A stretch of DNA of 64,000 nucleotides from an uncultured virus (IMG/VR IMGVR_UViG_3300008266_000011) (IMGVR_UViG_3300008266_000011), one strand, 5' to 3'. Counted from the first letter of the stretch, positions 30,970 through 40,895 are shown. Numbers and translations: made by a program. The notes: generated by a model not told the origin, from the letters alone.

Positions 30970-31206
30970 TCATGAAACATGTCGTTTCTTTAATTCCTTA
31001 GCAATAGCATGAAACGCTTCTGCACCCATAAGGACCTCGTCAAGGTCTGCAGAACTATTTTGTTTTTGGTAAATCGTTATGTGTTTCCCTATCAGAAACA
31101 TCGAGTGCTCCATCCAGGCTATCAAGTCTGGGGTGGAAATTGTCGACACTCTCTTCTCTATCCGAGTCTGGGGCTGGTGTCCATCCCGCTTCTTCCGTAA
31201 AATCAT
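30970..31206 (-). CDS. Hypothetical helical protein (overlaps upstream ORF)
   Basis: ORF track; fills the gap before terL. Confidence 0.5.
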   Translation of the reverse strand: MILRKKRDGHQPQTRIEKRVSTISTPDLIAWMEHSMFLIGKHITIYQKQNSSADLDEVLMGAEAFHAIAKELKKRHVS

Positions 31207-31447
31207 CGTAAGTTACATCCCGCCTTTCTAGGGCAGAGTTTAGCGCGTCCTCTTCGTCTTTCGCACCAGTCCAACGGCCCATAACTAGCGCTTTATAGTT
31301 GGGAAGCCTAAATATCAAGGGTTCCGAAGTTCGGAAAGGCTCGTCTATCTCTTGAGTCCAACCTCTAACAACAAACTTTCCATCCCATTCATAGGGGAAT
31401 TTTGTAAGTTGTACAAATAGTGGTCCAATGTTGTGTGCCTTTGGCAT
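31055..31447 (-). CDS. Hypothetical protein
   Basis: ORF track; abuts KTSC gene. Confidence 0.6.
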   Translation of the reverse strand: MPKAHNIGPLFVQLTKFPYEWDGKFVVRGWTQEIDEPFRTSEPLIFRLPNYKALVMGRWTGAKDEEDALNSALERRDVTYDDFTEEAGWTPAPDSDREESVDNFHPRLDSLDGALDVSDRETHNDLPKTK

Positions 31448-32281
31448 TCATCGCTTTCTTGGTTTTTTAGCCGTTGGTGTCTTTGGAGTATTCCTTTTAG
31501 CCATACGGTCATACTGTTTGCGTTCGTTAGTTAACTGTATAGCACGAGTGAGTCTATACAAAGCCGTGCGTGCGTACGAGGGAAGACTATTCACGTTTGC
31601 TGCGCCACGTGGTTTAAAGTCTAAATACTTATAAATATACTGACCCTTGGATACTCTGCGTTTAAAGTCTTGCCATTCGTTGGTGTTTACTTCGTAATAG
31701 TTATAGTAGGTGCCGTCACGAAACACTACAGTCAATACTGACCTGTTACGGTCATACCCAGCCGCAACTGTACGAGGACGTTCTGGGTTTGTTGTGGATG
31801 TAGGAACTAAAGATAGTGGCGCTGGAGCGTCAGACTCTCCGAACTGTGGTCCCTTTTCACCAGGAATGATGACTTCACCAGTGTCTAAGTCTTCATCATA
31901 AATTTTACGACCAGCAGAACGGTCAACAAAGTTGCCTTGAGCGTCTACGTAATAAACATCTTCGCCTAAAGTTGGGAAGACTGCTTCACCAGCCTGATTA
32001 CGATAAGCCACTTCATCTGGAGTTTGTGGGTTGTAATAACGCATGGTATCGGTTGCGTTTAGCAGGGATACTGTTTCAAAAAACTCACCAGTAGATGCCG
32101 CTGTAGGAAGTGCTGCAAATGGACTTTGAAATCCGCCCTCTTGTGACAGGGCTTTCATCATTCCTGTAGTTGTTTTGGAGCCGAAGCCATAAGGCTTACC
32201 CATCGCTCCTAGTAATTCTTGAGCAGAGGGGAGGGCTGCAGGACGTTTGCCTGCTGCGCCTCCTCCCCTGATTCTTGCCAT
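31448..32281 (-). CDS. KTSC-domain protein
   Basis: AGYD....LTVVFRDG.YY.YY.V....W..F....SKG.YI. Confidence 0.8.
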   Translation of the reverse strand: MARIRGGGAAGKRPAALPSAQELLGAMGKPYGFGSKTTTGMMKALSQEGGFQSPFAALPTAASTGEFFETVSLLNATDTMRYYNPQTPDEVAYRNQAGEAVFPTLGEDVYYVDAQGNFVDRSAGRKIYDEDLDTGEVIIPGEKGPQFGESDAPAPLSLVPTSTTNPERPRTVAAGYDRNRSVLTVVFRDGTYYNYYEVNTNEWQDFKRRVSKGQYIYKYLDFKPRGAANVNSLPSYARTALYRLTRAIQLTNERKQYDRMAKRNTPKTPTAKKPRKR

Positions 32282-32286
32282 TTATT

Positions 32287-32952
32287 TTAAGATGCTGCGT
32301 AAGTGGTGATAGTAATTGCTGTTCCTGGAGCAACGCTAGAAGTAGAAGCCGCAATACTCTGAGCCTTTACTTTTCCAACCTTGCTTGAGTCAATAACAGT
32401 TCCGCTATCAGAAGTAGAACCTACGTTTGTAAAGCCAGTGTTAAACACTGTGAAAGTTGAACCAGATGCGTTAGATATTAACCAAGTTCCATTTAACTGA
32501 GTCTCGGTCAATCCTGAAACGGTAACTGTCTGTGCGCTTGGATTACCTGTGAATCCGTGTGCAGCAGTAGTTGTAAATGTTGCTGTTCCGCTTGCAATTG
32601 CAATGTTGTTAATAGTTGCCTTAAATCCAGAGGCATTCGCTGAAGAGGTTGCTGTTGTGACTGCTCCAAGACCCCAGTCTCTTAAAACATCTTCTGCAAC
32701 TGCTGCTGTAAGACCTAGTACGTTTGGAACTGAGACGTAGTCTGTTGGACCAAGTACATCAGAGCCTGGGTCATTAGGTGTGTAAAGAGGATAACCATTC
32801 CACTCTGATAGAGCACGAATGTGGTCATCCAAAGTTGCGTCTAAACGCGTTGTACGAACATCGTTTGGTTGCATAGGCACGTTGCCCCATACAAAATCAA
32901 CAGCGATGTTTCCTGCGGAATCAAGTAGATTCCCGTTGTCATTAACTGCCAT
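32287..32952 (-). CDS. Putative virion protein with split PASTA-like motif
   Basis: VPNVLGLT...A...L and V..QS.AA...V.PGT.ITIT around a beta-rich insert. Confidence 0.5.
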   Translation of the reverse strand: MAVNDNGNLLDSAGNIAVDFVWGNVPMQPNDVRTTRLDATLDDHIRALSEWNGYPLYTPNDPGSDVLGPTDYVSVPNVLGLTAAVAEDVLRDWGLGAVTTATSSANASGFKATINNIAIASGTATFTTTAAHGFTGNPSAQTVTVSGLTETQLNGTWLISNASGSTFTVFNTGFTNVGSTSDSGTVIDSSKVGKVKAQSIAASTSSVAPGTAITITTYAAS

Positions 32953-33188
32953 TATTCTTCTTCCTCACATGTGTGGTTGTCTAATTCAGTCTCAAAAAGA
33001 ACTTCTTCGCAGTCGCGACATTTGAAGAAGCGTACTTCGTCTAGTGCTGGATGTAAGGAATCCGAATGTTCATCGCCGTAAGCCATCTGAGGCCCTGCTA
33101 GGACTTCAGGTGGAAACGGTCCTCTTGGACTGTGTGATGCTGATGGTACAGCATGTCCTTGCACTGCGAACTTACGAATTACCTTCAT
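32952..33188 (-). CDS. Small zinc-finger-like protein
   Basis: Start refined to MKVIRKF; CRDC...HTC. Confidence 0.55.
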   Translation of the reverse strand: MKVIRKFAVQGHAVPSASHSPRGPFPPEVLAGPQMAYGDEHSDSLHPALDEVRFFKCRDCEEVLFETELDNHTCEEEE

Positions 33189-33429
33189 TATTTTCAGCCG
33201 CTTTCTTAGCCTTTTTCTTAGGCTTCTTTGGTTCCTCTGTTGATTGAACAGAGACCGTTTGTAGGGCTGCGGCTCTTTCAGCAGCAAACTCATCTGTAGT
33301 TTTGAGGTTTCCCGCACGCCTGCGAGAGTCCAAGAATTTGGGCAAGTGCTTACCGCAATAGAGGATTTCTTTCTCTAACGTTATTTGATAAACGAAGAGA
33401 GCCCCCGCCTCACAGTTCGCACACTTCAT
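33172..33429 (-). CDS. Small zinc-binding protein
   Basis: CANC...YCGKHLP. Confidence 0.6.
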   Translation of the reverse strand: MKCANCEAGALFVYQITLEKEILYCGKHLPKFLDSRRRAGNLKTTDEFAAERAAALQTVSVQSTEEPKKPKKKAKKAAENNEGNS

Positions 33430-33614
33430 TATTTAGCCTTCTTTGTGGCCTTCTTTGTAGCCTTCTTCTTTGCAGGAGCCTTCTTTGCTGGCTTCTTTAT
33501 AACTTTTACATTTTCAGATGGAAGTTTATTTAAATCCTCTATGAATTTAGCAAGAGTTGGTGCTTTCTTCTTGTCTTTAATAAGTCCTAATGCAATAAGT
33601 AGTTTCTTTAACAT
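33429..33614 (-). CDS. Histone-H1-like basic small protein
   Basis: KKPAKKAPAKKKATKKATKKAK tail. Confidence 0.6.
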   Translation of the reverse strand: MLKKLLIALGLIKDKKKAPTLAKFIEDLNKLPSENVKVIKKPAKKAPAKKKATKKATKKAK

Positions 33615-33893
33615 TTAACAGTCCCATGCTCGTAGTGATTTGTTTATCCGACTATTAGGGTCTCTAGCAGTCTTGGAAGAGGTGTTCTTTCTCTTCATGC
33701 CTTCCATCCTAGCGCAGAATGATTTGCGCCGTGCAGCAGACTTCTTTGACTTCTTTGCCTGCTCGCGCTTTACTGGTGGTTTTAGGTCAGACCCAGGGTT
33801 TGCACGTTCGTATGATTTGCGACCCTTCTCGTTCAGTCCGCCTTTAGCGTTCTTACCTTCTTTGCGTTGCCATGCTGCTGATTTCGTTGCCAT
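33615..33893 (-). CDS. Basic phage protein (DUF6321-like)
   Basis: WQRKEGKN..GGLNEKG...RRKSFCARM..MK...SLRAW.C. Confidence 0.7.
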   Translation of the reverse strand: MATKSAAWQRKEGKNAKGGLNEKGRKSYERANPGSDLKPPVKREQAKKSKKSAARRKSFCARMEGMKRKNTSSKTARDPNSRINKSLRAWDC

Positions 33894-34228
33894 TACCAGT
33901 TCACCCCATGTGAGAATTGTTTGCTGTCGAGTACTTGAGTTCCACCAGTCATAGGACCAGGGGTAGAAAACAGTTGACTAACTCTTCCACGAACTCTGTT
34001 GCTTAGATGTGGATGGTCTTTTACTGCCTCTAATTTTCTAAAATAGTCTACTGAGTTTAATCCAAACTTTGTATTGATAGCAATGTCTCTATCAACCGCA
34101 CTCTTAAACCGTCTAGCAGAGAACCTGATAAGGTCCTTATCTTTATCGGTTAATGGAGTAACTTGAGACGCAGAGCCTGCATTAAAGTGTTCGTATGACA
34201 TGTCATCCTTATTTAGTGATACGGGCAT
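33893..34228 (-). CDS. Hypothetical protein
   Basis: ORF track; C-terminal VLDSKQF resembles the tag of the 43-49 kb array. Confidence 0.55.
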   Translation of the reverse strand: MPVSLNKDDMSYEHFNAGSASQVTPLTDKDKDLIRFSARRFKSAVDRDIAINTKFGLNSVDYFRKLEAVKDHPHLSNRVRGRVSQLFSTPGPMTGGTQVLDSKQFSHGVNW

Positions 34229-34638
34229 TACATTCCACCTGTGAATTCAACTCTATGTGGGTTACCTTTAGCAGCGCCAACTGCTTCTTCAAAATGTTGA
34301 ATCTTTTTCTTTACTTCTCTATATTCTGGATTTGCTTCTAATCCACTCTTTCCTCTGCGAACAGATGGAACTCCTTCAAGACTCTTTGGTTTAGGCGGAA
34401 TAACTGGACCAAGCCATGCTTTGTGTCCTGCACCCTTTTGTGAAGGAGCATTGAGAGTTCCTTGGAAATGAACATCTAAAACTCCACCAGCCCTACTTGC
34501 AGTAGATTGAGTCTCAGTACTTTGTTGAGACCTCAACCCTTGACCTTCTTCATTTTTCTTTTGTGGTTTGGCAGGAGTTCTTAGTTTACTGCCAGCCCAA
34601 AGAAAGGGATTCCAGTCACGTGAAGGAATATCAACCAT
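34228..34638 (-). CDS. Hypothetical protein
   Basis: ORF track. Confidence 0.5.
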   Translation of the reverse strand: MVDIPSRDWNPFLWAGSKLRTPAKPQKKNEEGQGLRSQQSTETQSTASRAGGVLDVHFQGTLNAPSQKGAGHKAWLGPVIPPKPKSLEGVPSVRRGKSGLEANPEYREVKKKIQHFEEAVGAAKGNPHRVEFTGGM

Positions 34639-34658
34639 GAGCCTATCTTCCCGTAAAG

Positions 34659-35051
34659 TTACACCGATTGTTTGGTATCTTCAGAATTGCTTTTTGAAAT
34701 CTGGTCTTCTATGCTTATTAGGCGCTCTCCCATCTCAACAAAGGCCTCAAGCATCATATCTACCTTCTCTTCAATCTTCTCTTGTTTGTAGAACAGTTTA
34801 TTAACCACATCTTTGGTGGATTTTCCACCATTCTGGCTTAGTTCACCGTCTAGTTTGTTGAGGCGCTCCATAACGCCAGGAACAGCGTCTCTACCTGGAG
34901 CCTCTTCTTCTCCCATCCAATCGCGTTGGAAATGGTCAAACCAATTCCCTAACTCTTTTAACTTTTTATAACCTGGTCGAAAGATGACGCCCAAAGCGGT
35001 TGCTACTGATGCAACCAAAATTATTACACCAGCAGTTGTTTCGAACGCCAT
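34659..35051 (-). CDS. Membrane protein (lysis-cassette type)
   Basis: N-terminal TM; DW.GE...PG...PGVMERL...NGG.S.KD. Confidence 0.65.
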   Translation of the reverse strand: MAFETTAGVIILVASVATALGVIFRPGYKKLKELGNWFDHFQRDWMGEEEAPGRDAVPGVMERLNKLDGELSQNGGKSTKDVVNKLFYKQEKIEEKVDMMLEAFVEMGERLISIEDQISKSNSEDTKQSV

Positions 35052-35066
35052 CTCTCTCCCTTTTTA

Positions 35067-35261
35067 TTACTTCTTTTTGCCGAACCCGTATGATGGGTCT
35101 TTTGGATTTAATGCCTTTGCTAATGGGCCAAGTAGACCTGCAACAAATGCGTTAAGCAAGGTCTTTGGGTCAGTGATACCGCTCATGTACAGAGCGGCAA
35201 CGGCTGCTGCGGCTGCACGTAGGTACGTGGCTGCTGCTGCTTCTAGTGCTTTCTTATCCAT
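35067..35261 (-). CDS. Putative holin
   Basis: Two hydrophobic segments; LNPKD.SYG end. Confidence 0.65.
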   Translation of the reverse strand: MDKKALEAAAATYLRAAAAAVAALYMSGITDPKTLLNAFVAGLLGPLAKALNPKDPSYGFGKKK

Positions 35262-35303
35262 ATATCTCCTAGTTGAGATGCCCTTCTCAAGGTAAATAGT
35301 CTC

Positions 35304-35471
35304 TTAATCTTCGCGGTTGCGCAAGGGATACGTTGCAATCCATGCAACTAAAGTTCCGACTGTTGCCCAACCAACCACGGTCTTTGCGCTTCCATCAAGC
35401 ACAACCCAGGCAATAAACATACCCAGTAGTGTCCATAATTGGTCTAACATGTCTCTAAAGAACTTAATCAT
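35304..35471 (-). CDS. Small two-TM membrane protein
   Basis: MIKFFRDMLDQLWTLLGMFIAWVVLDGSAKTVVGW...; ATGA coupling to the 871-aa gene. Confidence 0.65.
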   Translation of the reverse strand: MIKFFRDMLDQLWTLLGMFIAWVVLDGSAKTVVGWATVGTLVAWIATYPLRNRED

Positions 35472-38083
35472 GTACGTCTTCTCCTAACGGCCTTCATATC
35501 TCCAGTTGGCGCTCCGCCACCTGTACTGCCACCTCTTGTTGTGCCTCCAGTAGTAGTTGTTGCCGCTGCAACTGCCGCTGCGTTAATAGCAGCACCTGCT
35601 GCAACCACAGTTGCTACAACAGTCTTTGTTGCTTCTTCACGTTCTTCTTCTGACATATCAGCGCCAATACTTCCCAATGCAAGAAGAACTTGACCTGGGT
35701 CTTCAAATATGGCGCCAATTAATTCAGAAGGATTTTCAATAAGTGTTAGGGCCGCTGCAACTTCTGCAGTAATGATAACTTCATTACCGTCTTCATCTGT
35801 TCTAACATCAACAGGCGTTTCTGGTGGCAGGTCTTCAAACTTAATTCCAGCCTCTATTAGAGTCTCTACGGATACAGCCTCACCTGGGGCTAACTCAGCA
35901 ACAATGGCTGTGACAACTGCCTCTTTTTCTTCGGCTGTTAATTTGCCGTCAGCAAGTGCATTCGAGATAACGGTTTCTGGTGTAGGCTCTGGGGTACTTG
36001 GTTCAACGATAGGAGTATCTTGTGATTCTTCAGACTGATTTTCTTGCTCTTGGCTGTCTTGTTCTGGCTCTTCTGATTCTTCAGAAGGGGGTGCGTCCTC
36101 AGAGTCCTCGCTTTCGTCAGTTTCTTCGGGCGATGTGGGCTCTGACTCTTCTTCTGTGGGGGTCGGCTCTGTTTCTGTATCTGAATCAGTAGGCTCTTCT
36201 GATGGCTCCTCACTGGGCGTATCATCGTCTTCAGATTCAGTTGGAGGATTGTCTGTACTCTCTTCATTCTCTGAGGCAGGCTCATCTTCAGGAGACTCCT
36301 CTGAGTCCTCTTCCTGATTTTCTGTTTCCTCTTCAGAAGACTCTTCAGGATTCTCTGGAGCAACTTCAGGTTCTTCAGGGTCCTCTTCTTCCGTCACAGG
36401 AGGCTCAGGCTCTGGTTCGGGTTGCGGTACAACGGGCTCTGGTTGAGGTTGAGGCTCAGGTTGAGGTTCTGGAACCGGGGCAGGTTCAGGATTTGGATTG
36501 GTTGGCGCAGGGTCGGTTGACGGAGTTGTAGGTTCAGGTTGTGGTGTTGGCTGTGGTTCAGGATTAGGAGTTGGTTGAGGTGAAGGTTCGGGTTGTGGTG
36601 TTGGCTGTGGTTGCGGCTCTGGCTGCGGCTGTGGTGTTGGTTCTGGTTGCGGTGCGGGAGTTGGCTCAGGTGTTGGAGTCGGCGGAGTTTGAGGAATCGG
36701 AGTTTGAAGAACTGTAACAGCAGTCTCTACTTTTTCTACCGCAGTATTTGCTAAAGCATTTGCAGTAGCAAGTGTTGTTGCTGCTGTTTCTTGGGCCGCA
36801 GCAATAGTCTCATTAGTTACATTTGTCATTGCTTGAACTGATTGACCTGCAGTTTCACGCACGCCTGTTCGAGGCCCATTCCAAAGATTGGTTGTGTTTC
36901 CAGAAATAGTTCCAATACCAGTCCATTCACCAGTACTTGGGTTTACAGTCATCTTCCAGTTAATGTTAGTTAAAGGCCCATTAGGGTCTGCAAATTTATG
37001 TAGTGTCCAATCAACTTCTAAGGTTGTTTCTGTTGTAGTAACAACTGTAGATGCTCCTGGTCCTGCATTTTGGTAGTCACTTGCAAAAACAGAGATATTT
37101 GGAGCGTTGGGAAAATCCCACCAGTTGTAGTCTCCAGTGCCAAAGGTAATTGTGGCTTTAGAAGTTACAAAAATTTGACTGTTTGGTCCTTGACCGTTGT
37201 ATACAACGTCACCCATCTTTATATCAAAAGGTGTTTCAATTTTAGTAGCAGCGTCATACATGACTGGAAGAGTTGTTGTTGTGACTGTGGGCGTTTGTGG
37301 AGCAACAGGTGCTACATAGCCATCAGTTGTATAAACTTTTGTATTTTCTGGAGCATCTAAAAGAGCGTTAACAGTAGCCTGTGCAGCAACAGCAGTAACC
37401 GTGGCACTTTCTGCTACAGTGATAGCAGTTTGAGCCTCAACAACTTGAGTAGTAGCAGCGCTTTGTTGTTCAGGACTTGAGGCTGCAATTGCTGTATTTA
37501 GCGTTACAGTTGCTGTTTCAATTTTTTCTTGAACGGAGGTTACAGTTGGAGTTTCTGGGGTCGTGGCAGGGGTGGGTGTGGTCGTTGTACTGTCTGTTGA
37601 CGGGGTGGGTTGTGGGCTGGCTTCAGACGAGGGAGCCGTTGATTCGGAAGGTGAAGGCTCTGGAGTCGGTGATTGAGTTGGACTCGGCTCAGAAGATGGA
37701 GCGGGTGTTGGCGCTGGAGTCGAGGTCTCGGTTGGAGTCGGAGAAGGTTCAGGAGTTGGAGTCGGAGTTGAAGTGGAAGCAGGCGAAGATTCTGGCGTTG
37801 GAGTTGGACTTGGAGCGGGCTCAGTCGAAGTGGATGTGGAAGGAGTAGGAGATGGAGCAGGTTCTGTGGTTTCTGCTGGGGCTGGGCCTAGGTCTGGCTC
37901 TGGACTTTGTATTGGTGAAGGTGATGCTTCGCTCGGTGTTGGAGAGGGTGTCGGTTCTGGAGCAGGCTCGCTCGCGTGCGCAGGAGAAAATATTAGAAGA
38001 AGATAAATAAAACCTGCACCAATTAAGAAAGATAAGCGACTAAGAAGACCAGATTGTTCTGCGGATGCACGCAGTAAATTCAA
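35468..38083 (-). CDS. Large secreted Pro/Thr/Glu-rich, C-terminally anchored surface protein
   Basis: Signal peptide ending PAHA; PT/PE linkers; central globular domain; acidic tract; hydrophobic Ala segment and RRRR end. Confidence 0.7.
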   Translation of the reverse strand: MNLLRASAEQSGLLSRLSFLIGAGFIYLLLIFSPAHASEPAPEPTPSPTPSEASPSPIQSPEPDLGPAPAETTEPAPSPTPSTSTSTEPAPSPTPTPESSPASTSTPTPTPEPSPTPTETSTPAPTPAPSSEPSPTQSPTPEPSPSESTAPSSEASPQPTPSTDSTTTTPTPATTPETPTVTSVQEKIETATVTLNTAIAASSPEQQSAATTQVVEAQTAITVAESATVTAVAAQATVNALLDAPENTKVYTTDGYVAPVAPQTPTVTTTTLPVMYDAATKIETPFDIKMGDVVYNGQGPNSQIFVTSKATITFGTGDYNWWDFPNAPNISVFASDYQNAGPGASTVVTTTETTLEVDWTLHKFADPNGPLTNINWKMTVNPSTGEWTGIGTISGNTTNLWNGPRTGVRETAGQSVQAMTNVTNETIAAAQETAATTLATANALANTAVEKVETAVTVLQTPIPQTPPTPTPEPTPAPQPEPTPQPQPEPQPQPTPQPEPSPQPTPNPEPQPTPQPEPTTPSTDPAPTNPNPEPAPVPEPQPEPQPQPEPVVPQPEPEPEPPVTEEEDPEEPEVAPENPEESSEEETENQEEDSEESPEDEPASENEESTDNPPTESEDDDTPSEEPSEEPTDSDTETEPTPTEEESEPTSPEETDESEDSEDAPPSEESEEPEQDSQEQENQSEESQDTPIVEPSTPEPTPETVISNALADGKLTAEEKEAVVTAIVAELAPGEAVSVETLIEAGIKFEDLPPETPVDVRTDEDGNEVIITAEVAAALTLIENPSELIGAIFEDPGQVLLALGSIGADMSEEEREEATKTVVATVVAAGAAINAAAVAAATTTTGGTTRGGSTGGGAPTGDMKAVRRRRT

Positions 38084-38122
38084 GAAACCCCTCGGAATCC
38101 TTTTGTACCCCTCAGGTATTGA

Positions 38123-38356
38123 TTATACTGGTTTCCAATTTCTTCGCACTATAAATTTAGAAGCAACATTTTGTGAATTAACAGATTCACCTTGTACACC
38201 TCTGCCACGGTTTGACCATGACACAACACTTGGTTCTGCTTTTGATTTGTAACCTAAGTTTGCATTGTAACCAAAGTGTTGTTTAATTCCACGACGTTGA
38301 TTAACACGTAGTGTTTGTCTCTGCATTTTGGGAGAACCAAATACTTCATCCATCAA
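38123..38356 (-). CDS. Hypothetical basic protein
   Basis: ORF track. Confidence 0.5.
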   Translation of the reverse strand: MMDEVFGSPKMQRQTLRVNQRRGIKQHFGYNANLGYKSKAEPSVVSWSNRGRGVQGESVNSQNVASKFIVRRNWKPV

Positions 38357-38709
38357 CTTACTCCTGCCGCTCCATTGAATGTTGTGCCACCAATTCCCAT
38401 AGTATCTGCAGCAGTTGCTGTCTTCTTTGAGTTACTCATCTTCTTTGGTGGATTAGGGACTTCACTTCTAACATCGCCAGAGCCCATTGCTCCAATCATG
38501 TTTGGGTAGTTACCATACCAATATCCGGCACCTGTATATCCTGATTCTTTTTTTCGTCCAAATCTACGCATCTGTTGTGCTTCAACATTTGGCATCATAT
38601 TAAACTGAGAAGCCAATCCACTTACTCGTGGACCAATGCTGTATCGACCATAGGTGCCTTTTACTCCGCCCATCATGCCAACGCCAACTCTATAGAGATT
38701 GCTTGCCAT
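38353..38709 (-). CDS. Hypothetical Gly-rich protein
   Basis: Start refined to MASNLYRV. Confidence 0.5.
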   Translation of the reverse strand: MASNLYRVGVGMMGGVKGTYGRYSIGPRVSGLASQFNMMPNVEAQQMRRFGRKKESGYTGAGYWYGNYPNMIGAMGSGDVRSEVPNPPKKMSNSKKTATAADTMGIGGTTFNGAAGVS

Positions 38710-38899
38710 AATTAAACACACCTTCTGGGTCGTAGACCTCAATAGATTTTAAAACTAAAGAGGTAGCAACTTTGCGAGCATGATGCCCACAAAAATACAA
38801 CTCTCCAGTTAATAGCGTTGCACGAACCATTGCTGCCGCTCCACACTTGTCACATCTATCCTGAGCGGTTAGAGGTGCTCTTGTGTCGATAGCGGTCAC
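38690..38899 (-). CDS. Small actinobacterial-type zinc-binding protein
   Basis: LTA.DRCD.CGA.A...L.FCGHH motif. Confidence 0.7.
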   Translation of the reverse strand: MTAIDTRAPLTAQDRCDKCGAAAMVRATLLTGELYFCGHHARKVATSLVLKSIEVYDPEGVFNYGKQSL

Positions 38900-39471
38900 T
38901 ACAGAGGTCGCTTACACTCACTACAGACCTTGGCTTCAGCAGCAGGTGCTGCAGCCTCAGTCTTTGCCGCTCCTTTAAACTTTGGACGACCAAAACCTAC
39001 AATTGAGATTTGTACATTGGCCTTGTTCTTTTTGTAAGCACGAAGTTTCTTTACAACTTCTCCACCATTACGCTGTGATTTCTTTGGGTCGCCAGAAGTG
39101 TTGCCTTCAATGCACCAGACAGTGCCATCTTCATTATCTTTGATAACAATACCTACGTGACTAATCCTCTCAACACCATCTCCAGGGAAATCAAAATACG
39201 CAATATCTCCTGGTTCTGGGTCGCAAATCTGTGCGTCGTACCAACGACCTGCTTTCTTAAATGCTGCAGCGCCACCTGGTGTATAGACAGTATTAGGAAC
39301 TTTCACTCCAGCCTTGTCTGCACACCACATAACGAAACTTCCACACCATGGTTGAAAGTTAGCCTTAGTAAAGGCGCCATACTTTGTTTCGTTATCTTTT
39401 GGACCTTCAATAGTTCCAATTTCTTCTTTGGCAATCTCAATAAGTTTTGCCGCTGTTCCCATGTCTGCCAT
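38899..39471 (-). CDS. Endolysin, CHAP/NlpC-type amidase
   Basis: PWCGSFV.W, PGDI..F, SHVGIV, IEGNT. Confidence 0.85.
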   Translation of the reverse strand: MADMGTAAKLIEIAKEEIGTIEGPKDNETKYGAFTKANFQPWCGSFVMWCADKAGVKVPNTVYTPGGAAAFKKAGRWYDAQICDPEPGDIAYFDFPGDGVERISHVGIVIKDNEDGTVWCIEGNTSGDPKKSQRNGGEVVKKLRAYKKNKANVQISIVGFGRPKFKGAAKTEAAAPAAEAKVCSECKRPL

Positions 39472-39860
39472 TAGTCTTTGTCCCATTCTTCGTCAATGTC
39501 TTGTTCTTCTGGCATTTGAGCATTGTCTTTTCCAGTTGGTTCTGGTTCAGTAGGTGTTGGTTCAACTGCTACTGGTGCCTCTGGTTCTTCTTCTGAACTA
39601 ATGGCAGATGATGAACTATCAGAGCCACTCTTTCCAATCAAGAGTCCAGCCAATGTTCCAGTAATAAAGGTTGCTACGCTACCCAACACATTGAAGAACA
39701 TCTTGTCATTCTCTGACTGAGCGCCAATTGGTTGGGTTACAAATATAAGAGCGTAAAGAATTCCCATTGTTGTAAACAAAAGGATTGTCCCAAGAACAAT
39801 GCCAAGAATAAATTTAAGGCGAGCGTCTAGGTCAGATGGTGTTAGTCGTTGTTTACTCAT
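39471..39860 (-). CDS. Two-TM membrane protein
   Basis: Two hydrophobic helices, acidic tail. Confidence 0.65.
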   Translation of the reverse strand: MSKQRLTPSDLDARLKFILGIVLGTILLFTTMGILYALIFVTQPIGAQSENDKMFFNVLGSVATFITGTLAGLLIGKSGSDSSSSAISSEEEPEAPVAVEPTPTEPEPTGKDNAQMPEEQDIDEEWDKD

Positions 39861-40071
39861 TAGTTGTTTCCTCAATTGGTTCGTCAGTTGTTGTCACGTC
39901 TGTATTAATAAGGTCCTTTGTACATGTGCCAGTTGCTTCGCAGATGGGCGGATTGCACTCCGCCTTCTCCCAATTAGCAGGGTCCTGGCATGGGTAACGG
40001 TAGTGCCCATCATACCCACAGCCTGAAAGAAGGGCTGTTAAAGCCACTGCAATAGGAATTAGTTTTAGCAC
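39853..40071 (-). CDS. Lipoprotein
   Basis: Lipobox LLSGC; RYPCQDPANW...C.PP.C...C. Confidence 0.7.
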   Translation of the reverse strand: MLKLIPIAVALTALLSGCGYDGHYRYPCQDPANWEKAECNPPICEATGTCTKDLINTDVTTTDEPIEETTNE

Positions 40072-40081
40072 AGACCAATTA

Positions 40082-40345
40082 TCAGTCCTGTTGGATGCCA
40101 AGTCTTTCTAAGTACTTCTCTTTTTCGGTCATCAGGTAATCTTCTAGGCGCTTGTACTGCTCTTGAGCCTTCTCTTCCGTTGCCTTTACCTGTTCTTCTG
40201 TTAACTCACCCATGGCATCCTTAAATGACTCTAATGCTAAGTCCAAATTGGTCTTTGCAAGGGCAGCATTAAGTTGTGCCTGCTCCCATAAAAATTCTGC
40301 GTGTTCGATTCTTCTTTGCTTTCTCTTATCCTGTGTTTTAGACAT
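40082..40345 (-). CDS. Hypothetical coiled-coil protein
   Basis: ORF track; SD GAGG. Confidence 0.55.
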   Translation of the reverse strand: MSKTQDKRKQRRIEHAEFLWEQAQLNAALAKTNLDLALESFKDAMGELTEEQVKATEEKAQEQYKRLEDYLMTEKEKYLERLGIQQD

Positions 40346-40844
40346 GAATTTCCTCTGGTATCGAGTCGTTAAACTCGGTTAGCGGAATTCTCCATGAACC
40401 TTCTGGTGCATACTTCCATTCGTCTCGCTGTACATCTTCCATACGAAGCCAACCATACACCTCTACCTCTGAGTAGTAGTCACGGTCAAGTACGCGTGCG
40501 CCCACGAGAAGGCGACCAGGCTTTATATCTTTAGGAAAGACTGGAATCTCATCACGGGTTCTAACGCTCTTTACTTCAACATGCGCACCAACATCAGGAA
40601 TATGTTGGCGATAGACATGCTCTTCATTTGGATAGAACGGAAATGTTAGTGGCATCTTATAAAGTTTGGCTACAGCATACTCTGCAACGATAGTTCTAAC
40701 GTTTGCTGCAATCTCTGGTTCCAGTTTAAACTTATTATCACCTGCATAGTTTGGGCGGTCAACACTGCCCCACTTCATCATCCAACGATTTAAAGCAATA
40801 TCTGCACAGGCGCGTACTTCTTCTTTATTTAGGTTAACAATCAT
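40338..40844 (-). CDS. Hypothetical protein, PD-(D/E)XK-like
   Basis: AEYAVAK...PDVG..VEVKS. Confidence 0.5.
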   Translation of the reverse strand: MIVNLNKEEVRACADIALNRWMMKWGSVDRPNYAGDNKFKLEPEIAANVRTIVAEYAVAKLYKMPLTFPFYPNEEHVYRQHIPDVGAHVEVKSVRTRDEIPVFPKDIKPGRLLVGARVLDRDYYSEVEVYGWLRMEDVQRDEWKYAPEGSWRIPLTEFNDSIPEEIHV

Positions 40845-40895
40845 ATAGGCCCCTACCTTTTGTGGAGGTAGGAGCCTATCAGACGTTTTGGACTA

